Origin: Raillietiella orientalis
Lineage: Eukaryota
NCBI GenBank assembly: GCA_036172245.1
Contig: JAYWIR010000008.1
Coordinates: 2,790,001 to 2,854,000 of the forward strand
Direction: 5' to 3'
Length of the DNA stretch: 64,000 bases
Shown: piece after piece, positions 36,521 through 50,787 of the stretch
Layout: each line of letters opens with the position of its first letter
Position numbering within the stretch: position 1 is the stretch's first letter
Notes under the pieces: model-generated
What the model saw: the letters and a program-made list of their open reading frames with translations, nothing else
Told to the model about the DNA's origin: nothing
Databases searched by the model: none
Program-made: the position numbers and the translations under genes

Positions 36521-37739
36521 TGACTTCCCGAAACGAAGCTTCTTTGGATCCTTACAACTGCGAGAAAAGGAAAAAAATATATTTTGCTCTTCTTCTTCTT
36601 CTTCCCGAAATAGCTTGTCCTTTGCATTTCGAAGACGGGCGAGCACCAAGTGCTGCATTCGATCCTCGATATCGATCGGATTCATTGCCGACGTCCTCGG
36701 ACCTCACACTTTGCAGCATCCTGTGCTGAAGGAAAAAGTCTTTTAGCTATTGGCAACTTTGCAACCAGAGTGGAAAGTTCCAGGAAATCCGAAGCGTCCA
36801 AAGGACAAATGAAAATTAACTGAATCACCAGCACTTTAGAGTAACTCTGGATAAGACAACTCTGCAAAAACGGAAAAAGAGTCCTGTCCTGGGGACCAAC
36901 CATGATCAGCAGATTGCATGCAAAGTCAACGGGGTAGTTCGAAAGCAAGAACTCAAACGATTTTCCTTAGGATTGGTTCCCGGAGAAGCCCCATAAGCAG
37001 CAGCACAAAGAAGGCGACAGTCGCCGGAAGATTTTGCCACCAGGAGGACATATGTAAGAGAAGACAAAATTATTCGAAAATCAAAGTGCAGATTTTGCTA
37101 TTTTCAGTTGGGGCACACAGAAGAAGAGAACAGGATAAAGAAAGGAGTTGCAATGAAGTTTTCACCTTCCAAAAATAAGACAGCTTGTAAGATTTCAATG
37201 GATTACGAATTTATGGATAGTTTCGAGTAGCTTATCGAAAAACCTTTGCAAAGTTAGCATTGCAAAGTTTATTATGCAGCGAAGAAAATCCGCAAACAGT
37301 GAAATAGGAGTAGGAACTTCAAAACACATTCCAAAAAGACAGTGTGTGAGAATACTTTTTTTATATAGTGAATGAGAATAAATGAGATAGGTGGGCACTA
37401 TTGGAAAACATGGGAAAAAATGGAAATTGTTGTTTAACGTTTAAACGACCCACGTGTGGAATCTATTTCAAAGACAAAATGGTTTGAGGTTAAGATTGCG
37501 GTTTCTATAATTCCATTCTGTCTTTGGATCGAAAGTCTAGATGAATCGGATCGCATAAAGCTTGAAATACCGCATAGGATGTCATTTTTTCCTGGTTGAA
37601 TGGTTAAAAAACTCTGTGCATTAATCTAATTCTCTGAAAGCTGCTTCCAAAGTACTTTTTCATCGAGGTGTGTACGTTCATTCCCGTATTATTGTGATGG
37701 ACTCGGGAACTGCAAAAATATTATAAGTCAAGGTAAAGT

Positions 37740-38125
37740 TTCTTCGGGTTCTTGGTGAACATGAAGACGCTGTTAGAGAAAATAAAGTTTCCACATTAGC
37801 GAAACCCCCACTTAGTGCAAGTTTGAGCATCTGACGCTCTCAGCTGCAGTATTTCTTTTAATATTTTGTAATAGACCTTTACTTGCTGCAGCTCTTTGCC
37901 TATTTCGTTTTTATGCTTCTCGAGGTTCCTGCTCACAAATCGCTACTTTTACCATTTAATGAGATTTATCTGACTCATTGAGTATCCCTTGAACTTTTTC
38001 CTTTTTGTTTCCTTGTTTGTTTCCTTTTTCGATGCTTATTTGAACACTCAAAGCATTCCTCAGAAATTTACATTATTGGTACCACAATGCAGTATCATTA
38101 TATGTATGTTATAAATAAGTAATTA
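37740..38125 (-). pseudogene. Decayed SGNH/GDSL-esterase-like fragment (possibly a LINE ORF1 esterase)
   Basis: The minus strand gives IHIMILHCGTNNV (block III-like GTND), then after frameshifts VKVAICEQEPR and RLHVH, in the expected order. There are many stops. Confidence 0.3.
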
Positions 38126-41100
38126 TTATCACTAAAGCATGTGTCAGAGAAGGAGGAAAGAAAGGGAAAGGTCCACAAAACCATATTCGTATAAAAATTG
38201 CTTTCGTTTCTCTAGAAATTTTGATCTCACAGTAATTATGTTGCAGATGTTTCTTAGGGTATTGATAAAGTTTGAATAGGTTAGCCGAAACCTATTCAAA
38301 CCAGAAGTCCATTGCATTCTTCCTGAAAATTTGAAAAGATCTCCCATGCTTTATTTGGATACTTTGGAAATATTCTTCCCATTTTTTCCATTCATTAAGA
38401 AAACCATCTATCTCTGTGTATAAAAAACTCCCAGACCTTCCCAGACTTTTGTACGGGAATTTCATTACGATCTTATCGTAATTCGTATTATCAAGGCGTG
38501 TCCCAACCTCCGGGCAGTGCCTCACCAATTTACTTAGGTCAACATGTTTATCATGATCAACAGTGCCACATTTATTCATTAGTTTCCTTCACAAAATTAT
38601 TAGTGTGATTTCATTTCAAATGAATTCATTTAGTTTTATTTTCTTGTCACTTGTATAAAGAAAATTTCAGCCTCAGTGCATGGACTTTATTTGAAATTAA
38701 TTCTGTGATCTCTATCTCTTGAACAATTGTTAGCTATTCTTTCGGACAAACTGTATACTCGTATGAAAATTATTTTTCCTGTATGTGGTTTTCATGCTTT
38801 TCCTCAGAGAAACGTCGTATATGAGTGCCTGGGGAATTCAGCTATCTACTTTCTGAATATTTTGGCCATGGACCTGTGCACGAGAGGCATTTCAATAAGG
38901 AATGCCTTCATTATAAACATTCGAATCTGTATTAAAATCTCTGTCGAACTTTTAAGTAGTATAATATTTGTATATCTTGTACTATTATGAATTGGCAGTT
39001 TATCTAGAATGTAAAAATGTTTTTATGAGTCCAAAGGACTCATAGAAAGATCTTTTTCCACTCTTCGAATTGAAGAAAAAAAAGAAATAGGGCAGTGACT
39101 AGTGGCTTCTGATGAGTCCATACTTTGCGTGAGTGATCCAAAAAGAAATTTTAGTGCATGAATGTCTACCCCATATTTTCGTTTTAGTTTTGCGGTTTAG
39201 TTACAGTCCCCAAATGTGGGTTAAGAAATTGCAACTTTTTAATCGGATCTTAATCATGGTTATTGCAATGTGTACGAACAATAGTATTATAAATAAATTT
39301 GTACTAATAAAATGCAAGTTCAGAGATCCAATGAAATTATTTCTAAAAGTTCGACTTCTAGAAGCCTGGACATTTGGATTTCCAAATGTGCCACCTGTTC
39401 CACACCTGCGATCTCTAAAATTTTCTAAATTTCGTCGCTCTACTTATGCACTTGAAGAAACAAATGGCGCTTTCCTATGAGGATGCAAAATCTAGTGTAG
39501 GGTATACAAAAGATGATGTTAATTGACAGACGATACATGTTTGTATTTCTAATTAATTTTTTCATTTTTACTTCTAAAAACACTGATAACGAACGCTAAA
39601 CCTTCCGGTATTCTTTAAATAAAGGTAGATATTCACTCTTTGTTCTTTTTAGTTTTCATATGCATATCATTAAAAGTAGTGATATGTTTAAAATTTGGTA
39701 CATGGCCTACTTTAATAGTATCTTAAAAATTAAATATATTCAACATTGAACCTATAACTGTAATGATTCCATGATTCAAACTCTAAATAATCTGCGTAGT
39801 TTTTGACATTTTCGAGTCATCTAGTTCAGTGTGTACTTTATCACAGTCAATCTAAACTCACCTCCATTTTCTTTTCGTCCCGTTTTGCTCTTCAAATCTC
39901 TTAGCTAAATAAAGTCTGTATAGGTAATTGCAGTGCTCTGTAGAAATCGTTCCTTATCTTTTATTGCTTTCCAGAAATGTTTTTCTGTCGATTACATAGA
40001 TCAAGACGAACTTTCATAGAATTTACAAGAAGTATTACTGCTATTTTCACTTGGAGTTTTAGAGCAAAAGAGTAGTTACGGAAAATCAAAGTGCTAAATT
40101 CCAGGAAATCCTGAGCTCTAAATCCACGCCTCCTCTATTTGAAGTTGCAACTGAAATTTTTCACATAAAAATGGAAGCTATTCACAAATCTGATAGCTTT
40201 TTTTATTAATCATTAATTAATTAAAGAAATTCGTTTATCATTCTATAAAAAGTATGCACTGATCTAGCTAATTAGAAAATGAAATAAAACTGTCTAGAAC
40301 AATTAAAATTTAAGAAACTGTCTACTATTCACTAAACAGATTTAATATTTGGTAATGTGTTTGTAGTTTGCGTTAGGCTTGCTCTGAGATTTGGAATGGT
40401 GATTTGGTTCTTGGAAATATCGGGCATGTGTTTTGCGTCGAGTGTTATGAAATGTGTTAGGTGTTTGTGCCTTTTTCCGTAGTAGGAGCCTTCATCTTTG
40501 TAGGGATCCGTCGTTGTCTTTTTCCCTGCTTTTTTCAACTATGGCACGTTGTAATAGTGACAGCTGATACGTTACATGTGTGCTCTTTTAACAGGAATAG
40601 AAACCAGGATTAATAGAATGAAAGCCAGGTTATCAGGGTGGATTGCTACGGTTAGTAATAACAGAAAGTTGACTTTCGGGATAGAGAATGCATTAGAGTG
40701 CAAAATCAGGAGTAAGTAGCGTAGCTGGGAGAGATCTTCAAGTAACCAAACTTCATAGTTTGAGTTGTGTGTAAGTACAAATAAGTTTGTAAGGGACGAT
40801 TGGTTGTAATTCCTGCGTCTAAACAATACTGTTGTCATGAGGAGGTGACACTCATCTTCTTCAGAAAAGGTTTTGGTTCATTTTTATGACAAAAATTTGT
40901 AAATTTGCAGCAACATGGTGATTTAAAATATTTAATGGTGTAAAAGTGCAATCCACATTGTAAACTGATTTTTACTTTATCCTGATTTTGATTACAGATC
41001 CATTTTGGATGTTTTCAGTTTCTCACGAAAAATATTGTGAGGCCTGTATAAATTCATCACTTAAAAGCATGGGCAAAAGTACTAAAGATGGGCTGCACAT

Positions 41101-44100
41101 GGACTTAAGTTAATGCTCTAGGTATTTATAGGTGAAAGAATTGAGTATCTAGTATGCTTTGCAAGCTATGAATTTTCCTTTAAAAAGTGCATATCCATCA
41201 GATATTCATAACTGGGGTTATTATTGGTGTTTAATATATGCATTTGCTATTCTTTGTTGCACTTTGTTCATTGTTGCGTACATGTTCGTTTGCCCATTTA
41301 TTTAGAGCTTAAAGAGCTTTGTGAAAACAAGAACATGGAATATGAATACAAGGAGCTTTGAAAATAAAGAAATGAAAGAATAAAGTTGTTTATGAATGGC
41401 AGAATGAAATGTGAATAAAGAGTGAAAACTTGTTTTTTGATATAAAATCAAAACAGAAGTACTATTTTAATGTGAACTGGAAAATTTCATTTAAATTTAA
41501 TAAATTTTTTTACATCAAAATTTCTAGTTTCTTTAGTTTGTGCTTAAATTTTGTATTTTGAATATAGCATCAAATTTGTACAATATGTGCAAGAGCAGTA
41601 GCAGCAGAATGTAATGAAAGCTGTAGCATTTGCCTGTTACAGGTGCTATTTAGGATTGTGCTGGTCTTTCAGGTTAAAAGCTAGGAAAGAATTCTAATAG
41701 ACTAACATGCTTGTTCTCATTTGTGCTAACTTACCCTTGAAAAGTTGCACAAATGTTTCAAGTTGGCGGATAGACTTGAAACGGATTTCCAGTCTTCAGT
41801 TTATTAGTTTTCAACTTTTCTCTATTTCTGTTTCTTAATTAAGTTTTGACATTGTTTCTGTTGATTTGCTGTTGCTGGCACTTGTGCATCATTCTGGGAT
41901 TTAACAGAGAGTATATTGTTTGGAAGGACTTGTGGTTTAACATTTTAATGTTTGATACAGCAAAGATGTTCAAGATTAACAACTCGGACTGCTGCATTTC
42001 CATTCCATAAGCAGAGTAGGGTTCCAAGATAAAGTCTATGGTTGTGTTCCGAGATTTTCCTGTTATATACTTGAAAAATTTCCATAGTTTACGAATCTAT
42101 TTGCAGCTTGCAGTAACATCGCAAAATAGAATACTTGAACCACAAATGCTATAAATGGAAACTAGTATTCCCATTTTGTATTGGAACTTTGCAGGCAATT
42201 GCTGGGTGATATAATGCTTTGATGCATTTAACGTATTTGCTACCTTCAGTCAACAACTTCAAATCTGGAGATGATTTTATTGCAGTTTGCTACCAGTGAG
42301 GAAAGTTCATCTTAATATAAAAAGACTTTAATAGAAAAACTATTCAAGAAGACGAGGCATCGTATTCCATGTGGAGTAGATAGCCTAAAACCTTCATTAT
42401 TAGTATGACTGTTACTGCAACTAGATATGATGGGAAGAAAATTGACACAGTGCAAGTGTTGTATGTATGTGTATACCTAGTTCTGAACCTCGGATTCAGA
42501 ACCTCAGATAACATGTTGCACATCTGAAAGCTGGTTAGCTATTTACCTTTACTCTTCATAGCATTACCCCTTATTGTTGTGAATGTATTCATTCATGAAT
42601 GCATTACTTTTTATTCTCACATTTAAAAAAAAAAAATACATTGATTTGCTTTACTTGTTGTTTGCTGTAGCACATTTAATGGCACTAATGTAATGAGAAC
42701 TTTATTTCCTGAATGCCCAAACCATATTTGTGCTTTCGACACATCTGTTTCTCAAATTAAAACTAAATTTTTTTTTGTTTTTAAGTTCCCATGGATGAAT
42801 TTGTTGGTTTTATAAAAACTGGCTCATACTCGGTGTGGATGCTGTGCCTTCATTAATCTAGCTTTTGGGTTGTGACTTTACTCTTTGCAAATGAGAATGA
42901 ATATCATTCTTGTATGCTTCCAATGTAGTCACACAGTGTGGTTTATTCCTGTTTTGCAATCAGAAACCCGGCTCTCCGAGGAAACGCTGATGATTCTGCA
43001 GTATCATCATCAGTTGCAAAGTGGAAAACATAACCATGCTAAGAAACAACCATGCAAAAAGAGCCATCATCGGTTGTTTGGTGTGTTGACTGCGTTCATG
43101 AAGTGAGCTGTTCTGGTGAATCTGCCATTTGGGAGAAATTTCCAGTATTTATGCAATTTGCAACGAAGATTTTCCATTTTAAGGTTTCTACCTTGCAATC
43201 GTTTGCCTGTTAATCGAAGGAAAAATACGGATGGGCGTATTACGGAAAAAGGCAAATAAACATGAGATGACTCGTTACTGAGTTGACAAATTTCCATTGA
43301 GGTGATGACTTGTGGCTTTCATGGTTCTGTAAAACTCCAATTACTCGTTAATCACTTCCGCATTTCTTTCGACTTTGTGATGCCAGAATCAAGTCTCAAT
43401 TGCAAGTGGACCAGAGGGTCCACTCGAGAAACGTCGCTTGTGAAACGACAGACGACCGGAAACACCAGTTGGTTGTTCCATAAAAGAGCGCAAACTCCGT
43501 TTTCGTTCACGAATCGACTTCCTATCCGTAAGCAGTATCGTGTACATTCATGAAGCAAAGTGGTACGGACGGTACCATTCGCCAGCTTAAACGCACGTAG
43601 CGAAATCCAATGTGCATTATGACCACGTTGCTCCGTTTTTGCTCCTCTAGCTGCACGGTTTCCTAGTCATGTGTGTGCCGTCCGTGGTTGCCGATTAGCC
43701 ACTCCCTCTTTTCGGGGGGAGCTGTTGCCTTGTTCTCTCCCTTCAGTGAAAGGGTTTTCATTCCGGCCTCTTCCTTCTCGTGCCGGGACCTCCGATGGGC
43801 ATTCCGTGCTGAAGTTCATCAAACGTACTCGGTTGATTTCATAATCTCTGGTATAATAATTAAACACGTTTGTTGGCCCTTGGATAGCTGTCACCTATTA
43901 CCCCCCTCCCCCCCAGTTGGCGCCTAGACTTCCCTCCCACCCAACAGTCTGGGGGAAATCTAGGTGATCACGATTGATTTCACCAGCTTCGTCATTCATT
44001 GCAGTGTCACTTTGTGATTCTTTGCGATGTGGTTCCACCAATCAATCTGTTATTTTTAATCGAGCGATTCTTAAATCCAAAGGATATACGTAAAAGAAAT

Positions 44101-46929
44101 GAGGATCTCTTCTTTTTCCTCTAAGTGAACTGGAAATCATCGTGGATCCATCATAGAATGATAATGGTCAGTGATCATCTCGCGTTTATTTTGCGTTCAC
44201 AGCAAGTAAATATCGGAAATAAATACGCTGAAGAGGTTTTTGGAATACTGTTCCATCTGAAATGGGGACGTTCACGGTATAGGATTACCAAGCCTATTTG
44301 GGTATCGTAGGACCGTGTTCTGCACGTAGGTGAGCCCATCGTGCGCACGAATGCACGCTGGTCGCGGACCTCGACGGGAGGTTTTTTTTTTTTTTTCTTC
44401 CTTCCTTCCTTCCTTGACTAAAAAAAAAAACCAATTAATCAGACTGAGACGACACGGCGACATCGGCCGACAGGTGCAGGCGCCATGGTTTCAACTTTTG
44501 TGGACTGAAGTGGGCGAGAATCTCCATTTCCGGCGCCGTCTTCGAGAGTGTGGTGCTGTCAACCATTATGGCAGCCATTTCCAGCTAATCTTTAGACTCG
44601 TCGGAGTGTTTAAATTTCGTTGCTTGCACTTGCAGCAGATGAAACATTCCTACGAGTCTGCTCCGATGAGTCCATTTTGTGTTCTGCCCTTTTGTTCCTG
44701 CGATCTCTTTTGCTTCTAATGAACAAAAAAGAAAAGCATTCCGGGATTCTCCTCGAATTTGAAAGCAAAAGAAAAGAGAGATTCGAGGAACGACTGAGTA
44801 AAATTTTCAAGAGCACTTTTATTTCGTTCTTTTCACAAGCAGCCGTTCTGAAAGAAGAGGGGAGCCAGCGGTGGCGGCTGCAAATTGGTGCAGCTACTGC
44901 TCTTCGCACGTCGGGATTGTGTGCTGTTGCCATGGAAAGGCAGTCGGTTTTTGTTCCATGTGTTATGTCACTCGGATGTTCGTGTTGATCTGCGTATGGC
45001 AGGCGTCGGTGATGGTAACGCCGTGTCTGAACATTGCAACTAAAAAAAAAAAAAGCTTTTAGTGCCTGTGCAAAAGTTGATGCTGAACTCTGTTGCTTGA
45101 AAGGGATCTCTTTGCATAAGATTAGGAAAAATTCCTGACTGGACACACCTTAACATGAATCCGATTTCTCCTTTATTAATATGCTGGTACACCTTATTTT
45201 ATTATTTTTGATTCCACGATCCCTTTTCGTTCTGCTGTGTCTGCATTTTTTTGTTTTTTTGCTGAAATCATGCAGCGTTATTCGAGAATGCATGAAGAAC
45301 ATCGGAACTGCTGATTCCCACCCATATTGAGGCGATTGAAAAAAGCCTCCAGCATATTTTGAGGACAAAGAAAAAAGTGGGTTTTTGGTTTTTTGTTGAT
45401 CACTTTTGGTCCTAGTTGATGATTTAGCTGAGGCTTGGTTGCTCCATACGAGCATACCCTTTGCCTTCTCTCTCTTTTTCCTATTCATTCCAGCCATTGA
45501 GTGTCACATAGGTTTCATTCTTTTGTTTGGAATTACAAAAAGGGGTCATTCCTCGCACCTCATTCATTCTGCATTATGATGTAATGAATGGGTGTTTGTG
45601 ATTCATATAGTAAGTGCCGTACAACACACGCGAGTCGGAACGTAACAAGGATTTAACATAGTCGAAAGTAGGCGCAAACTGGACTCTTTTTTCGTACGTG
45701 GTTTGAGGCTATTGACAAAAGTCTTCTGACTAAGAGGGGATGAAAGTAAATTTCAGATACGGATATGAAAAGGCACCGATTTGATACATTCCCTATTTGC
45801 GTAGATACAAAAAGGACGCGAAAGTGCTCAGTGATATGCGATTTAGATTGCCGTCCCGGGTCGGCAAAGGGGAAAAAAAAGAGGGGAAGGCAGAGCTCGA
45901 AAGACCAACAACCGTACCTTAATTTTTACATCCGGTGGTGAAGTTTTTGAAGTCCGGCAGGAAGCGAAATCTTCGTTGTCCGCTGATGTCGAATCGTATT
46001 TTGTACTGTACGGTAATGCAGCTATAGGGAAGGTCAATTCGCTAGTGTGGCAGATCGTACAGAGAATCTTGCGCTCCGATCGTTTCAGTTGTACAACAGC
46101 TGCTTCAGACGCAGCATTCCGTTCAAGCTGGAGATTTTTGTCACAGCGTTGGCTTTATTACTTTTTAATTTGGCATGTTTCACTCCAAAAGCTTTTCTCC
46201 TTTCTGATGGTTTTTGGTGGAGTGTTTTAATGGACACATAGACTATAGAATGGTCAGCAAAAATCCGCATGCTGATGTGTACATGCGGTAAAGCATTGCA
46301 CCGACTGTTTACTATCTGCAGTGTACGTAACTTTATGAGAAATACACCGGAGATCATACCTCTGGACGTTTTCTATTTACCCTGATTCATCCCAACTCAA
46401 CTGTGTTCAGCTGAAGAGTGGTCTACAGTTTCTCTTCATTGGAATCTTCTCTTACAATCCACTTTAATGCTCTTTGGATCGTGTTTAGCTTTGGAATGTT
46501 CAATGGTTCAAATTCAGGTCAAATTAAGGTCTGCTAATAGGTATTCTTGGAATACTGACACTCAACTTTTTTTCTTTTTTTTTTTTAAAAAAAAAACGAA
46601 AACAAAAGTGAGGGGATTTTCTGTTTTTGACGTTTGGTTTTGAGTAACGAACGGGTAGTTCATATCATATAGTAGCATCAAAATGCTGCATGATAGGTTT
46701 TTCGTAGAATCTTTACATCGTCTTGTTTGATATTGCCTAGGCATTTTGCACTAACACTTTTTGTGCTGCGTTGTTATGGACGACATCCTCGTGTTCAACG
46801 ACCTTGTCTTCACTTTCGCATGCCCTGAAACAGCAGAAATTTTTTTCTTTTTGTGAAGAACTTGCATTGCATAAACCTATTTAAGGTATTGCAGAAATTA
46901 ATCTGCTTCCTAAACCAGGCATTTGAAGC

Positions 46930-47944
46930 TGTCTTGATTGTTCCTACAAACTGTGGATGAAGAGCTGGCGCTGGCGATACCACACTTTATCCCGGTCCCA
47001 AGGGAGACTGTGAACTGGTTACTCCAAAGGCCACGACTAAACATAGCACGTGGCGTGCAGTTTGCCTACCGGCACCATGTGCGACTGTTTCGCTTGACCA
47101 TGGGAATACGAGGTTCTTTTAACCATCTCCTAACGGGAGCTTCGGAAACAACAGCCACATCAGGCGTGGCTGCTGATGAACAAAGCCAACATTAAAGCAG
47201 AAATCCGAAAGACGCATCAGGATCCCGATGCCCTCTTAGCAGCCTCGAGCCGTTACGGACCTGCACGCGCAAATGTGCTGGCCGTGGGAGCTTCCCTCAT
47301 GAGGAGTGACCTTCCCCTGGATACTCACGATGACCTCCTGTTGTTTTACAGCGGAGGGACTCTAAGTGGTTCCAGATTGCAGCACAGGACCGGGAACCCT
47401 CAGGATGGACTCTGTAAGGCGTGTGGAGAGAAAGAAAAGCAGCTGCACGTGTTCACCTGCCCCACGCTGCGATCCGATCGGCACGCGGTGAAGGCGGTGA
47501 CCTGCCTGCAGAGAAGAACGAACCAGGAAATCTTGTCGGGCTTGTTTCAGGGGTCTGGAGTCGTTCCCCTGTGCAACCCGATGGTGCTGACCACATTTGC
47601 TCTCTTTATCAAAGCCATTGTGATCAGGAGGGTAAAGATGTACACCCCACGACGTCGGGTGCCGGCATGGGACATTCTTAGAGGCCTTGTGATGAAGAAG
47701 ATAGGGATCAGCAACTGCGGCGGGATCCCAGCCTGGACGTACCGTTACATCCTACTGAAGATGGACGAATTTGTCCGGGCACAAGGAACGATTCCCTCGC
47801 CCATTCCCCTACCCTGAAACTGAAAGTGACAAGTGAACTGAATGTGATGTGATGTGAGTCTGTGCAGTAGTGAAGTGTGAACTGCTAAAAGGCTGATCTG
47901 ACTGCGTGTTGATCGTTTTCAGAGTTGTTTTTAAATAAATGCAC
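46930..47944 (+). mobile_element. 5'-truncated L1/Tx1-like non-LTR retrotransposon (second family), ORF2 C-terminus plus 3' UTR
   Basis: ORF 47176-47817 contains LCKACGEKEKQLHVFTCP (C-x2-C-x7-H-x3-C). It is preceded by the frameshifted ORF 46938-47195. A GTGA-rich 3' UTR ends AATAAATGC at ~47934-47942. Confidence 0.7.
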
Positions 47945-50787
47945 CCCACCGCTTGTTGGACCTGGGGACAATCCTGATTGTTTTCAACTTGTTCTTTCTC
48001 AAGAGAGGAGTCGAAGCAGATGGTCCAGTTGTTGGAATGCACTCTGTGCACGTGCTCGCGGCTTCCACGGAAGGTTTTGTAAAATTTACCGAAAACTGGT
48101 ATTCAAATGGGCCCATTTGAACGTGTTTTCACCGCTTGTTGCAAACTCACTAATCACGTCCTGTAACCCATATGTGACACTTTCTTTCTTGAGGAGTGCG
48201 ATCAGATTATGCAGATGGGGGATTTATCTGCTCACAAAGCGCCCCTTGAAGCGATGTCGCATCTTGAAAAATTTTATGATGGCATCAAGAGCGCAGTGAA
48301 ACTGATGGGAAAGCTCGGAGCAAAAAAGTGGCCACTTTGGGGCTTAATTTTGCGAGTTCTGTTTACTTACCAATCTCACACCGCATTGCCATAATAAAAT
48401 ACAATCCTACAAATTGTTCTTTTGGATGCGTACGAAAAAAACAGTGTACATAGCGTAAATCGGTTTCACACTTGCCGTTTGCCGAAATTGAAAGCAACTG
48501 AGCAAATGGAAACGAGATAGGTGAGATACCATTTTTATAAACAACAGCATGCTCGCAGCCCTACTCGATTACCCATAATAATCAGTACATTTCATCAGAG
48601 GAAAAAAAGGGAAAACAGAAAGCTGTGCCAAGAGTTCCTAACGGGGCTGCAGCTCAGCATCGGTTTCCAGCACTAATTAGAGAGCCTTCGACGGCTTTCC
48701 AGCGATAGACAAAAAGCATTTCTTATTTTGTGACGCAACTTGAAAGAGAAGGCGGATTGTTTTTTTTTTCCCCCCTTTTGCTTTTTTCGACTTCAGACAA
48801 GTTGACGTAGATGAATTACAAGTTCGTTTTGTCTTTCACAGCTTTCAATCAATTCTTAAAAAGGCAACGTGAAGCATCACTTTATTCTCGAATTTCTCAG
48901 CCTCTTCTCTGGACGTCGAACAAGCTTAAAAGTCGCCTAATAAATGTACTACTCAGGGAAAGAATCCAAAGTACTTAAGAGACAAATCGAATTCACTGGC
49001 ACACGAGAAATTTCCTGATGCCAGTAGTGACTCTTATGGGGAACAAACGGGATTTCGAGCCCCATCTTACTCCATGGGATTCCGGGGTTACATTCCAATT
49101 CTCTACGGCTTGGCACAAACAAACTTGTCGAGTGTTCCTGCCCGTCTTTGGAACTGAGAAGAGTTCTGAGAGCGTTTTTATGTTCGATGATTCGTGAAGC
49201 AGTACCGAACTTGGAAATCTCCGGCTGGAAATGGCTACATCACAGTTTGGAGATGGGATTTCTTCTGTACAGAATAACCAGGGCAGAATTTTCGTCTTTC
49301 CTTGTTTGAGCCGTCTGATCGCGAGAAGTATCGAATCAGCTTGTGGAACTCGGCGAAAGAAGAGCTCCGTTCCACCAGGAAGCAACGATCTCTCTCAGAA
49401 GATCCTTATGCCATTAACAGCTACCACCATCGTCTACACCATGCACAAATCCTTAGATTGACGCCGCAGTTTCGAAAAAAAAAAAAAAAAAAAAAAAACT
49501 ACCGGACCAGGAATCCTGCTCGAACCAGACTCTGGAACCGTGACCGCACGGTTTGGCTCTCAGGAAGGACGCTGCTCGAAAATGCATCTCATTCCATTTA
49601 CGTTTCCGCGCGGTTCAGAAACAGTACAAACGGCGGGGTCCAGCGGAAGCGCTCCCTTGCAGAATCCTTTGCAGGTTTCCCTTCCCTGCAGTCAGCTTGC
49701 TCCTCGGTGAGGATGTTTACACGTTCAGAAGGAAGATGGGAGAACACCTATTCCTGTCCCGTGTGATCAATGCATGGCAGGGCGAGAGCACGGAAAGATC
49801 TTTTGCGACACACACACACACTTTTTTTTTTGTTTTTTAATGCGGCTTACCCTGGAAATGCATCGCAGTTCTTGACTTCCAAAGAAACCTCCTTCTCTCT
49901 CTGTCATGTAAAGTGGTGCAAACATCTTTATTCTGCGGAGGCTGAGGAATCGCTTGCGATCGCCCTCGGTCCACCTGCATCCCGAAGCGGAGGAAGTCGA
50001 TCAGCTGCCCAAAGCAGCTGACACGACGTTCTTCGTTTCGTGTTCCGTTTGGGCATTCGGAGTGAGTCATGGATGCTGTTACCTGGTTTCCGAGGATATG
50101 GCGGAAATTTTTTTTTTCCTTGTGGGGGGAGGGGGGGATATCGTTCGGATGCTCTTCGTCCGAAATGGTTCTTTGGAAGTATCCGATAGCTTCAACCTTA
50201 TTCTCCACTTTGCCTGGAAATTCTCTGCTGTTGGAAACCGAGCACGGGTTCGTCGGGAGTTTGATCTCGGTCGACTTTGAGAAGAAGAAACAGACGAAAA
50301 GTCCACACGCAAAGCAGCAGCAGACAGGCATTCTCGAATTTGTGGGGATAACAAGAAAAAAAGGCTACCGAGAAAAATATCCGGCGACTTACTCTTCATT
50401 TGATGCATTTTTCCTCAAAGAATCGAAAAGAATTCGATTTTTCTCGACTCCCATATAAATTCAAGAAGTGTTTTTTTTCATCCCGTTGTTTATGTTCCGC
50501 TCCCCTCCCCCCCTCAAATTCATTCTTTGCCGAGAATCGTCAAATGCTACACAAGAGATCTTTGCCGATAGCGGTGCAATGGTGGTGGGTGCGTATTTTA
50601 TTTCCACGGTAGAAAAAAAAAAGGTGCCGATTCGTTTGGGGCACGTGAGAAAGTTTTCCGTTTTGACAAATGGGGTTCAGGGTGCAGGCCGCTCCTTTCT
50701 TTCGCCTCGATACCTTTGTCGAAAGACAAATAGAAGAGAAACGCATTTCTTGCTGGGAAGCTGCTCAAGGTGTTCTCCTTCGTCTTG

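Noticed and set aside
39020..39150. Hammerhead ribozyme (CTGATGAGTCC at ~39109; hairpin at 39022-39048)
   Set aside because: There is no closing stem II followed by GAAA in the required order.
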